Shown here: positions 40,644 through 49,845 of the stretch, one piece after another
Layout of the letters: each line of letters starts with the position of its first letter
Numbering within the stretch: position 1 is the stretch's first letter
IMG/VR virus record: IMGVR_UViG_3300027302_000005
Location: 18,458-82,457 of that record
Length of the DNA: 64,000 bases
Source of the DNA: a virus
Reading direction: 5' to 3' (one strand)
Position numbers and translations under genes: made by a program
Notes under the pieces: generated by a model
Told to the model about the DNA's origin: nothing
What the model saw: only the letters and a program-made list of their open reading frames with translations
The model's database searches: none

Positions 40644-41312
40644 CTATGTGGCAGCACGAGGCTGCAATGTATATTTGATAAAGAATCCGCCAACTTTCAC
40701 TGTGGCGTTATCGTCTGACAAGATGTATATCTCACCCGGATTATTCAACGTCAATTCATTACCAATATAAAAGCTGGTGATTGCGTGAACCTTATATGTT
40801 CCAGAGGCTTTGTAGATAAGGGGAGAGGATGCTACAATTGTGTATGCGTTCGGGTCGCTAACACCTAAATGAAACTCTACACGAGCCTCCTGATTGTTAG
40901 CATTGGTTGTGATGTCAAACTCGATACGGAAATCAACCGTATCTCCGATTTGAAACTCACTGAAACTAAGCTGATTGGTAGATGTGTTCCAAATGTCTGT
41001 AATGTATTTTGACTGATAGACGCGATTTGTGTACTGTCCCAATCCATCATTAGTGAGCTTCTTGGCCACGTTAGGAACAACTACCAAAGGGGTAGATTGT
41101 GTTGCTGTATCGTTGTAATCAACCCACCCGTGCCATTGCCTTGAGATGTTATCAGGTAACACCATCTTTACACGTTTGTTTGTAGGGGAAACTGGAACAA
41201 ATTCATTTGGTAAATGAGCAACAACTGTGTTGCTACCATCCCCATCTACAATAACAATTTCATCATTTGAATTGACAGGCCAGCATGTCGATTCCTTAGT
41301 TGTATCAACCAT
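40644..41312 (-). CDS. putative virion protein
   Basis: Beta-rich (GDTVDFRIEFDIT), late-gene strand. Confidence 0.55.
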   Translation of the reverse strand: MVDTTKESTCWPVNSNDEIVIVDGDGSNTVVAHLPNEFVPVSPTNKRVKMVLPDNISRQWHGWVDYNDTATQSTPLVVVPNVAKKLTNDGLGQYTNRVYQSKYITDIWNTSTNQLSFSEFQIGDTVDFRIEFDITTNANNQEARVEFHLGVSDPNAYTIVASSPLIYKASGTYKVHAITSFYIGNELTLNNPGEIYILSDDNATVKVGGFFIKYTLQPRAAT

Positions 41313-41334
41313 GCTAAAATTCCTGTATTTTGAT

Positions 41335-41835
41335 TGGTGCTGTCTATCCGATTCGAACGGATGTGGGATTTCTCCGCTGGATTACCTACCTTTCCCTTTT
41401 AGAATTAGTATTCCTGTTCTTGAATGTAGGGGTGAGTGAGTGGCAATTAGGGCAGAGTATTCTTAGATTCTCTAATGTGCAATTTTCAGCATCGCCATCT
41501 ATGTGATCTATTTCTGTTAAAATAGAACCATCGGAGTGGCGCTTATCCCACCCACAGACCTCACATTGTGTCCCCCTAGTGGAATGCAGATATTTTCTTA
41601 CAAAGCTTTTTAATTGCTTGGTTTTACCTTTCCAGCCAACTAAGTTCCCAGACAACCACTCCTTAATGTTACTTTCGTATCTGTGATCCGCTTGGCAAGC
41701 ATTACTACAGTAGATGTTCTTATTCCCATAAGATTTAGGTACAAAAACATTTCCACAGCTTAGGCACGTGAAGTGGTTCATATTTTTTTTTTTCTCTATT
41801 AAAACCAGTGCAATCGGCCACTATGCGAAGACAGC
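41335..41835 (-). tRNA. interrupted tRNA (5' half 41801-41835, 3' half 41335-41385); rejoined anticodon UGU (Thr)
   Basis: Acceptor GCTGTCT/AGACAGC+ACCA, D loop AGTGGCCGA, anticodon stem CTGG/CCAG, T arm ATCCG-TTCGAAT-CGGAT. Confidence 0.85.
41386..41781 (-). CDS. HNH endonuclease inserted in the tRNA anticodon loop
   Basis: CLSC...YCSNAC Zn finger; CEVC...IDHIDGD..N...NLRILCPNCH. Confidence 0.92.
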   Translation of the reverse strand: MNHFTCLSCGNVFVPKSYGNKNIYCSNACQADHRYESNIKEWLSGNLVGWKGKTKQLKSFVRKYLHSTRGTQCEVCGWDKRHSDGSILTEIDHIDGDAENCTLENLRILCPNCHSLTPTFKNRNTNSKRER

Positions 41836-42340
41836 GAAATACCCCAGTCTTATCGGCGACGAGGTGGTGCCACGATTCAAGACCGTAGGTAATGAATCAA
41901 CAAATAAAAAACCCCAACGTAAGCCTACGCCAAGAGGGAGGGGCCATCTATCTTAAAATAAAGTGTGCTGCGCTCAACCGTTGCTTCCAGCGGTTCCATG
42001 TCAATTGCTACAATCGGTGTAGCCCACGCAGCAAAGAGAGAATGAGAGCTGCGACCGGGAAACACCCAATCCATATACACCTCTCATTATATACAAGCCA
42101 TTTAATTATTTAATTAAAATAATTGTATTCGTATGGCTTGGCCTGAATACTCGGAGTTTAGACAGGTCTTGCTAGGCTTCCCACTTCCCGTTACCTTTGA
42201 TTAAAGTGAGTTCGGCTTCTCACTAGGAATTTGTTGCACGGCGGTAGTCAGCATCCTCGCGCTGATACACTACAAGAGTGTTCTGGCGACTTTCCCAACT
42301 ACAGTCCGGCAACAAGCAGCACCACAACCTTCCGTGAATG
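41836..42340 (-). ncRNA. candidate structured ncRNA cluster upstream of the tRNA
   Basis: No credible ORF; nested stems (TTGTTGC/GCAACAA, TGCTGCG/CGCAGCA, CGGTCTT/AAGACTG). Confidence 0.55.
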
Positions 42341-42376
42341 TTATATTGTAACACAAAAGATGCTGCCTACAAGACA

Positions 42377-42404
42377 GTTATAACATACTGTTCCAGTTTG
42401 TCAA
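42377..42404 (-). promoter_or_regulatory. sigma70-type promoter for the ncRNA/tRNA locus
   Basis: TTGACA-N16-TATAAC with extended TG. Confidence 0.6.
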
Positions 42405-42408
42405 CCCC

Positions 42409-42612
42409 TTATTCACTATACTTTGTAAATTTATTTCCAAAGCAAGCCAAAGGTTCTGTTAGATGTTCCAATTGGTACTCATGCCAATCCTTCGGATGGA
42501 AAGAAGCTGTACGACAAGTAGAACACATATCTTCAGGTGTTCCATCAGGCAGCTTTCTGGCCAATTCAGCCGGGAATAGTTTGTTATCACAACAGACACA
42601 TCGTCCTGACAT
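42409..42612 (-). CDS. small Zn-finger protein
   Basis: RCVCCD...MCSTC; GGAG RBS. Confidence 0.7.
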   Translation of the reverse strand: MSGRCVCCDNKLFPAELARKLPDGTPEDMCSTCRTASFHPKDWHEYQLEHLTEPLACFGNKFTKYSE

Positions 42613-42615
42613 AAT

Positions 42616-42921
42616 TTATTTCTCCAATTTATTATTGTTGTTTTTAGACATATCGCTGTATGTCTTAACGATTTGTTCCAAGCTTCCGCTGTATTGCAAT
42701 AGCTGTTCTATCGTAACACGATAGGCTACAACAACATCTCCATCACTGCTATCTTTCCCAATCTTGCTTATTTCCAGAACTGGTCTAGAAACCAATGGTG
42801 GAGAAGGGATAGCTGTAGCAACATATACTGGCTTGCATGTAGAGCAAGCTGAAACAGTTCCGGCAAAGAACACAACACCGAGAAGAGGTTTGAAACTCCG
42901 TTTAAAACAATTTCCATTCAT
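42616..42921 (-). CDS. o-spanin (Rz1-like lipoprotein)
   Basis: Lipobox VSA|C, Pro-rich segment, adjacent to i-spanin. Confidence 0.75.
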   Translation of the reverse strand: MNGNCFKRSFKPLLGVVFFAGTVSACSTCKPVYVATAIPSPPLVSRPVLEISKIGKDSSDGDVVVAYRVTIEQLLQYSGSLEQIVKTYSDMSKNNNNKLEK

Positions 42922-42928
42922 ATCTTCC

Positions 42929-43282
42929 TCATTTCCAATCTGCTGTAGCAGCATTGTCTTTCAAATACGTCATAGCTTCAACACAAGAAGAAGGTTTCTT
43001 TACAGACAACATCTTCTTCACAACAACAGAATTATTCTTTTGTTGCTGTTCCAGTTGTGTGTTTAATGCTTCCATTTGCTTTTCATTCTGTTCTGTCCTA
43101 GAAGCTATGCTTTGAAGCACGATTCTTTGCTGTTCAGCATTAGCTCTTGATATAACAAGCTCACCTTCCAGCTTCAGGCTATGCCTATGTACTACCCAAC
43201 CATAAGCTAGTGACGAACACAATAGGGCTATGTAACAAATACGAATCCAACCAATCTTCTTAATCAGTTCTAGCCACAACAT
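42929..43282 (-). CDS. i-spanin (Rz-like)
   Basis: N-terminal TM, coiled coil, C-terminal Cys. Confidence 0.75.
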   Translation of the reverse strand: MLWLELIKKIGWIRICYIALLCSSLAYGWVVHRHSLKLEGELVISRANAEQQRIVLQSIASRTEQNEKQMEALNTQLEQQQKNNSVVVKKMLSVKKPSSCVEAMTYLKDNAATADWK

Positions 43283-43643
43283 ACCCCACCTCACTGAACA
43301 CCTTCTCAAACACATCCCATCTGTTGTACATTTCGTCCTGTGTTTTCAACACAAACATACAAACATACTTATCATCAATGTACAACAAGATTTTCTCTAC
43401 GAAGTCCCATAGACAGTCGCTGCTGCCACGAATGATTTCAATTCGTGCTTTGTTGTGTTTGATACGAAGTTTAAACAACACAGACTGTATGGCATCGGAG
43501 AGTATTCCGTTCCATTCAGTGTAGCATTCTGGAAACAACAAGTTCTTCCCTTCTTTCCAGACAATGTGTTCCTTTGTCTTGTTGTTTGTTTTTACACACA
43601 ACACAATCTTATCTTCTTGTACACTGTAAGAAAGAGTTTTCAT
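43260..43643 (-). CDS. hypothetical protein
   Basis: AGGTGA RBS, first gene after leftward promoter. Confidence 0.65.
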   Translation of the reverse strand: MKTLSYSVQEDKIVLCVKTNNKTKEHIVWKEGKNLLFPECYTEWNGILSDAIQSVLFKLRIKHNKARIEIIRGSSDCLWDFVEKILLYIDDKYVCMFVLKTQDEMYNRWDVFEKVFSEVGYVVARTD

Positions 43644-43673
43644 TTACTTCACCTATAAGTAGTATCTAAACGG

Positions 43674-43702
43674 AATGTAACATCCCTTTTGCTATCTGTC
43701 AA
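43674..43702 (-). promoter_or_regulatory. leftward sigma70-type promoter
   Basis: TTGACA-N17-TACATT with extended TG. Confidence 0.7.
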
Positions 43703-43877
43703 TAGCTTATTTTTATACAAACACAAATTTCTATAACTTTAATTTCTTTATTAAAATAATTATACTAAACAACTAAAAGCAAAGGCGGGCTTGGTTGGCT
43801 GAAAAGCCAAACAAAACGCCCTACTCTAGTCATACCTTTAGTAGCATCTCTAATTCTACACTTATAGCAACATTGTG

Positions 43878-43905
43878 TTGACTTTGGTGCGGTGTGGTGT
43901 ACAAT
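43878..43905 (+). promoter_or_regulatory. rightward sigma70-type promoter
   Basis: TTGACT-N16-TACAAT. Confidence 0.6.
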
Positions 43906-44059
43906 TTGAGCATGAAGGGTAGATTGTTGCTACCTGTTGTGGATTGTCATGCGACATATGCTATCTCAAGAATATGAAAAAGTTCAACAAATTCAGCGTG
44001 TTAAAAACGGTTTGTTAGATAACATATCCTTCCAACACGCTATTAACTAGAGGTAAAAA

Positions 44060-45361
44060 ATGACTAACAAAGTAGAGATTTTAGATGCAATCATGTCTTC
44101 TGGTAAGACTACTGCTATCTTGAACTGGTTTGATAACAACCTAAACCAAAGGTACATCTACGTAACACCACTGCTGTCGGAAGCTGAAGGAAGAATTGCT
44201 GATACAGAGTATGGTTGTAAGTATGCTAAGTTCTACAGTCCTGAACATGCTACAACAACCTATTTCGATGAAGATGGTGTTGAACGTATAATCAGTGGGA
44301 AAGGTGTAGACTTCCTGAGACTGCTAAAGGAAGGAAAGAATGTAAGCTGTACACATGCTTTGTTCTCAGAGATGACAAAGCACCATCTTGACTGGATTAA
44401 GTCACAGAAGTACATTGTTGTACTGGACGAAGAGCTAGATGTAATCTCTGGTCTTGATGGATTCACTAAGACAGACAAAGAGTTCCTGCTTGACAACAAC
44501 ACAATCTCTATTGATGAAGAGAATGGTAAGGTTAGTTGGATAAAGCAAGTACCTAACAATGGATTCAAGTATGGGAAGTTCAAATGGTTGTGTGATGAGG
44601 GGATGTTGTATGCAGCCAAACGTTCACAACACATGATGGTGGTGCAGCTTCCGATTGAACTGATTGCTGCCGCTGAACGGTTCATTGTCCTAAGTTATTT
44701 GTTCAAGGGGAGTGTATTTGATAAGTTCCTACAACTTCACAAGATTGATACAGCAGATTTCACTGATGTTGTTGTGGATAGTAGGGGCGTGAAGGAACGG
44801 ATTGCTTCACTGATTGAAATTGTTGGGTTTGAACACACAAGTAAGTTCCGAACTGGCTCTTTGTCATACAATTGGTATGATGAGTCTAATAATAAGTTGA
44901 AACCGATTGAGAATGCTATTACTGGCCTTGGTAGAAGTTTAGGAATGAAAGCAGAAGATGTGATGTACACATTCCCTAAGACTTATGCCTATCCTTCAAG
45001 AAGCAATAGTAGAAAGATTTCAGCTAAAGGCTACAAGCCAGAGAGCATTATCAAAGGAGTGAGAGATGAATACGGTAACACTGTAATCAATAAGTGTTGG
45101 GTGGATTGCTCTTGTCGTGCAACCAATGAGCTTGCCAACAAGAAGTTGCTTGTACACTGCCTGAACCGCTATCCTAATGCTGTTGTGCAGGCTTTCTTGC
45201 AAGACTATGGATATGGTATTGACGAAGACAACTTTGCTTTGTCAGAGATGTTGCAGTGGATGTTCCGTGGATGCGTACGCAAAGGTGAGAAAATGTATGT
45301 TTGCATTCTCAGTAAACGTATGCTAGGATTGTACAATAAATGGCTGGAGAGTATTAAATGA
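44060..45361 (+). CDS. SF2 helicase-like P-loop ATPase
   Basis: DAIMSSGKTT, YVTPLLSE, VVLDEE, RATN, QWMFRGCVR. Confidence 0.75.
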   Translation: MTNKVEILDAIMSSGKTTAILNWFDNNLNQRYIYVTPLLSEAEGRIADTEYGCKYAKFYSPEHATTTYFDEDGVERIISGKGVDFLRLLKEGKNVSCTHALFSEMTKHHLDWIKSQKYIVVLDEELDVISGLDGFTKTDKEFLLDNNTISIDEENGKVSWIKQVPNNGFKYGKFKWLCDEGMLYAAKRSQHMMVVQLPIELIAAAERFIVLSYLFKGSVFDKFLQLHKIDTADFTDVVVDSRGVKERIASLIEIVGFEHTSKFRTGSLSYNWYDESNNKLKPIENAITGLGRSLGMKAEDVMYTFPKTYAYPSRSNSRKISAKGYKPESIIKGVRDEYGNTVINKCWVDCSCRATNELANKKLLVHCLNRYPNAVVQAFLQDYGYGIDEDNFALSEMLQWMFRGCVRKGEKMYVCILSKRMLGLYNKWLESIK

Positions 45362-47059
45362 GTAGCATCAAACAACGCACCAAAGCAAAACGTATGCGAA
45401 TGTGGGGATGGCGTCAGTTGTACACGATCAACCCATATGACATGGGTAGAGATTTTCGTACATTTGTTGGGTATACAAATGGTTGGCATGACACAGAAGG
45501 GTGGGGGTATTAAATGAATACTTGTAAAAACTGTAAGTTCTTTGGAGAAGAAATTGTTACATATGATGGAGAAGATTGGGAAGAAGTGAAATCAGAGTTC
45601 CATGAGTGTGAACGAATCTACCATTGCAAAGATATGCGCTCTGTTTTGCAATATCAATCTAAAGCTGTTGTGGTTGATGGAGGCGGTTATTTCGCTGCTT
45701 TGCGTGTTGCTGAAGATTTTGGATGTATTCATTTCGAGGAAACAACATGAATGATCTTACTGACCTGAACGATATTGAGTTTGCTATCTTTGCTGCTGAC
45801 GAGGAACATGATAAATACATGCGGAAGATGCAAGAAGAACGTACTGCTATTGAGATGATGATTGAAACTGCAACTAAATGTGGGATGTTGCATGAAGTTG
45901 TTACAACATTTGCATATGATTTTGCATCTAACGGTAAGAATGTATGTGAGGCTGTCAATACAGCACTTTATGAATGGGATTGTTGAAATGAACCTAAACA
46001 AACTAAACATGATGGAAGAAGGGTTGGAGAAGATCGCACAAGTGCTATCTGAGCAATACCATGAAAGTGTTACACCGATTGACATCCTTTATGCTATCAG
46101 TCATCTTATTGAAGCAGAGGATTTTGATAGGATTGCTAGGTATATAGCGGAGGATTAAAATGAACCTTAACCAGAAGATTAAGCTGTATCAAGCACTAAG
46201 GGATGCTACCGAGGTACTGGATGAGATTTGCGATAAGTCCGTTTCCATTTATCTGGTACTTTCGGTGCTGTCTGATATGGGCTGTGGAATGGACAACGAC
46301 AACTATGTTCAGATGATTGATTTTATAGAAGGGCAGGAAAATTAAATGAGCGCACTATTCTTGTACAACACACCTCTAGGTTATGGCTACCGATACAAGC
46401 ACATAACAGATACGCCTTCCGATAAGGATGAATACCGCCCTATGTACACTGAAGATGAACTTGAGCAAATGCGTGAGAATAAAATTAAGAAGAAGATTAA
46501 GAAACTTCTGAAACGTCTTGAAGAGCTTGAATTGGAGTTGCAACAATATGACTAACTTACTGTTGAAGTTTCATGCAAGTAAGGAAAACCTTCCAGATAA
46601 CGGGCAAGCGGTAGTATACCTCTGTCAAGGTCGTTCGTTCGGCATCTCAGATGTTTCACTAGCGTCTTGCACAGTGTATTATCTAGCTACAGACGGAGAA
46701 TCATCTTGGTGCATTAATGATGGCGATACGTTTGGTGATAATGACGTTGTTGGTGTCTACATAGGTCATAAAGATGCTACACAGCAAAACATTTGGTGGA
46801 TTGACGAGGAAGAATACTGGCAGCAATTTGATGTAGCTGATGCAGAATTGGAGCAGGTGAAATGAAAGACAATGGTGTTAAGCGTCATTCAAAAACAAGA
46901 TGTTCATATCAGTGCCGGTATTACCAAGATGGTCCTGTTATGTCAATCTGTAACAAGTATCACAAGCATCTGCAATACGGCGGATCAATTCCGCCACTTA
47001 TGACACAAGAATGCCTTGATTCGCTGAAGTCGGAAAATGAAGATGACAGACCAACATAA
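45358..47059 (+). other. run of small hypothetical CDS (45358-45513, 45514-45750, 45747-45986, 45988-46158, 46160-46345, 46346-46555, 46548-46865, 46862-47059)
   Basis: Tightly tiled ORFs with RBSs and stop/start overlaps. Confidence 0.65.
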
Positions 47060-47180
47060 CTACGGAAAATGGTTATTTATGATGGAATATTGCAAGACAA
47101 ACGGATGGTCTCCATCTGATAGTTATTATTGGAGTAGGGCTGAAGAGGCTTACTACATCTCCGTAGGATTGCTGAAATGA
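47043..47180 (+). CDS. 45 aa Trp/Tyr-rich peptide, copy 1
   Basis: KWLFMMEYCKTNGWSPSDSYYWSRAEEAYYISVG; paralog at 50849. Confidence 0.75.
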   Translation: MTDQHNYGKWLFMMEYCKTNGWSPSDSYYWSRAEEAYYISVGLLK

Positions 47181-47416
47181 CCATCACAAACACTCTATAC
47201 CAATGTGCCAAGCAACAATCATTCCAGCCCCTGCTAAAGCATCGACAAGAGCTTGAAATTGCTTTACAACTTCTTCTTGCTGTTGGTGACAAAGCGAAAG
47301 AATATAACGAACCAGTTGACATCTGGCTCCATGTAGAATACATTGCAGATCGTTGGATGTGTTCTTCCAGAATTGCTTGGTTGTTGAAACAATTGGATGA
47401 GAATGAAAATGTCTAA
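47177..47416 (+). CDS. hypothetical protein
   Basis: ATGA-coupled ORF. Confidence 0.6.
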   Translation: MTITNTLYQCAKQQSFQPLLKHRQELEIALQLLLAVGDKAKEYNEPVDIWLHVEYIADRWMCSSRIAWLLKQLDENENV

Positions 47417-47624
47417 AAAGTTCTATGCTGTACATCGTGAAACAGGTGAGAGGTGGAAACCTTGTAAGGATAGTAGTACCGAGCATGAATACATTGTAAT
47501 GTACGACACTGGTTATTTTGCTGTTGTGAAGGATTACGGGTGGGATGGACTCACCATTCAAGCATTGGATACAAAGGTTTGGAAGGTTATTTGGAAAGAT
47601 AAAGATGAATGGCTTAGAGGATAA
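47409..47624 (+). CDS. hypothetical protein
   Basis: Tiled ORF. Confidence 0.6.
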   Translation: MSKKFYAVHRETGERWKPCKDSSTEHEYIVMYDTGYFAVVKDYGWDGLTIQALDTKVWKVIWKDKDEWLRG

Positions 47625-47625
47625 A

Positions 47626-48219
47626 ATGAAGAAACCGAGAGAGCTTCCTTCACAGCAAGATTTATTAAAACTGTTTTATTACGATAACGGTTTAAAGTGG
47701 AAAGAAGGTAGAAAAGGCAGCAAGCTGTGCAATAAAGATGGAGATGTTGTTGGTTGTGTTGGTAACGAAGGTTATGCCATGATAAACGTGTTTGGTGTTA
47801 CTTATATGTTAAGTAGGATTGTATACCAGACAGTTAACGGTAATCTGACCACTGATCTTGTTATAGATCACCTTAACAGAGATCGTAAAGATAATAGGAT
47901 TGAGAACTTGAGGGCTATTACCGAGAAGAATAATCTCAGAAGTAAAACTATGTACTCTAATAACTCAACAGGAGTTACAGGAGTAAGTTCACAAGCCTAT
48001 AAATACATGAAAAAAGATGGAACAGAGGTTGAACATCAATATTACACCGCCCATTGGCAAGACCCTTCAGGTAAGACGAGATTAAAGTGCTTCAGTATAT
48101 CTAAATACGGGAAAGAAGAGGCGTTTCATCTAGCTTGTGAATACCGACAAGCAATGATAGAGTCTCTTAAAAATTCTGGAGAGTGGTATGATGAAACACA
48201 CGGGAGTATGAAATGTTAG
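47626..48219 (+). CDS. HNH endonuclease with AP2 domain
   Basis: IDHLNRDRKDNRIENLR; NNSTGVTGV...FSISKYGKEEAF. Confidence 0.9.
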   Translation: MKKPRELPSQQDLLKLFYYDNGLKWKEGRKGSKLCNKDGDVVGCVGNEGYAMINVFGVTYMLSRIVYQTVNGNLTTDLVIDHLNRDRKDNRIENLRAITEKNNLRSKTMYSNNSTGVTGVSSQAYKYMKKDGTEVEHQYYTAHWQDPSGKTRLKCFSISKYGKEEAFHLACEYRQAMIESLKNSGEWYDETHGSMKC

Positions 48220-48255
48220 TATTGAAGTACTGTGACGAATGTGGAAAACCGACAA

Positions 48256-48684
48256 ATGAAGCCTAAATACCTCCAAGCCTTCATGGACATGACCGAACGC
48301 TTTGCTCAAACATCTGAAGCCACAAGGCTTAAAGTAGGGGCTTGTATCATCAAGAATGGCAACCCCATTGCTTTTGGTGTTAATGGGACATTGCCGGGGT
48401 GGGAAAGTAATACGTGTGAAAGCCAATCTGGTGAAACATTGCCAGACATTGTGCTACATGCTGAAATAAATGCCTTGAACAAGCTGCGGAAGATCAGTGA
48501 AAGCAGCAAGGATGCTACGTTGCTTGTAACACACTCCCCTTGTCTACGCTGTGCTCACGAAATTGTTGACAGTGGAATCAAGCATGTGTACTATAAGCAT
48601 CAGTACAGAAGCTCTGACGGAATAGAGCATCTTTTGAAGCACGGGATTGATGTGATACAACTTGCTACACATCTAGAGAATTGA
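48256..48684 (+). CDS. dCMP deaminase
   Basis: KVGACI, HAEINA, THSPCLRCA. Confidence 0.92.
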   Translation: MKPKYLQAFMDMTERFAQTSEATRLKVGACIIKNGNPIAFGVNGTLPGWESNTCESQSGETLPDIVLHAEINALNKLRKISESSKDATLLVTHSPCLRCAHEIVDSGIKHVYYKHQYRSSDGIEHLLKHGIDVIQLATHLEN

Positions 48685-48685
48685 C

Positions 48686-49195
48686 ATGAACATCTTCATC
48701 ACCAACGAATGCCCTATGCAATCAGCCACAGATCACTGTGACATTCACTTACGAAAGCAGTTAATCGAAAGTTGCCAATTGCTATCAACAGCACATCATT
48801 TCCTTGATGGCGAGACAATAGCGATGAAGCCCACACACTACAATCATCCCTGTGCTGTATGGGCGCGTAAGACCTCTGGTAATTACAAGTGGCTCTATCA
48901 ACATTATGTTGCTTTGTGTACGGAATACACGTATCGTACTGGCAAGGAACATGCTTCCAGTAGGTTTATCGGTGTTTTGAGTAAAGTTCCTGAAAACATC
49001 TTGCAAGAACGTCAGACATTCTTTGCAAAGGCGATGCCTGACGAACACAAAGCTATCCCGAATGTTCCATTGGCGTATCAGAGTTATCTGAATGTGAAGT
49101 TTAAAGATTGGCAGACACGTACAGACAAGAAGCAGATGCCTGTGCAGTGGACTAAGCGTAATATTCCTAGTTGGTATGTTGGAGAGAATAAATGA
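48686..49195 (+). CDS. pyrimidine-dimer glycosylase/DenV-like family protein
   Basis: MNIF, DIHLRKQLIESCQLLST, THYNHPCAVW, EYTYRTGKEH. Confidence 0.75.
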   Translation: MNIFITNECPMQSATDHCDIHLRKQLIESCQLLSTAHHFLDGETIAMKPTHYNHPCAVWARKTSGNYKWLYQHYVALCTEYTYRTGKEHASSRFIGVLSKVPENILQERQTFFAKAMPDEHKAIPNVPLAYQSYLNVKFKDWQTRTDKKQMPVQWTKRNIPSWYVGENK

Positions 49196-49845
49196 CATTT
49201 GCATTTTGTAACATTGCAAACTCTTTTGATGACCATATCTCGAAGTCAATTGAAAGTTACAATATATTGTTTAGTAATGTTACTTCTTTGGCTGATTTTT
49301 TTGTATTAAAAAACACCGTTATTGTAGATGTGGGCTCATCAACAGGTAAGTTGCTTCATTCACTGAAGCATAAGTATACAGAATATAAAATTAAATTCGT
49401 TGGTTACGAATGCGAGGAGGTTTTCTATGAGTATTACGATGACGATATAATAAAAAAACAAAATGCTCTGCTATACAACGAGAGTAATGTTTGTTTTTGC
49501 ACATGCATATTTACATTGCAATTCTTACCTATCGGTGAGAGAATGAACATATTGAATAACATATACAAGTCTCTTCTGCCGGGAGGGGGTTTTATAATTG
49601 CGGAGAAGACGAACAGTGGAAGTTATTTTGATAAGATTTTCCAAGAAATTTTAATTGAGGACAAAAGAAAGCACTTCACTGATGCTGAGTTATTAGATAA
49701 AAATCTCTCATTACGAACTATGATGAGAACTGTTAGCAACAGTGATATGGTCACTATGCTTAATCTTGCCGGTTTTATAGACGTAGATATATTCTATAAA
49801 GACAAGGCATTTACCGGATATGTTTGTCGGAAGGGTATATTATGA
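49192..49845 (+). CDS. cmoA: CmoA-like carboxy-S-adenosylmethionine synthase
   Basis: FDDHISKSIESY, DVGSSTG, FTLQFL...ER..ILNNIY..L.PGG.FIIAEK follow the CmoA pattern (FTLQFL...R..LL..IY..L.PGG.LVLSEK). Confidence 0.75.
   Translation: MTFAFCNIANSFDDHISKSIESYNILFSNVTSLADFFVLKNTVIVDVGSSTGKLLHSLKHKYTEYKIKFVGYECEEVFYEYYDDDIIKKQNALLYNESNVCFCTCIFTLQFLPIGERMNILNNIYKSLLPGGGFIIAEKTNSGSYFDKIFQEILIEDKRKHFTDAELLDKNLSLRTMMRTVSNSDMVTMLNLAGFIDVDIFYKDKAFTGYVCRKGIL

Noticed and set aside
41386-41800. Conventional group I intron in the tRNA
   Set aside because: Only 19 nt of the insert lie outside the HNH ORF and no P/Q/R/S elements are visible
41836-41945. HDV-like (theta) ribozyme next to the tRNA
   Set aside because: Lies 5' rather than 3' of the tRNA, and I could not build the nested double pseudoknot; simple hairpins fit better
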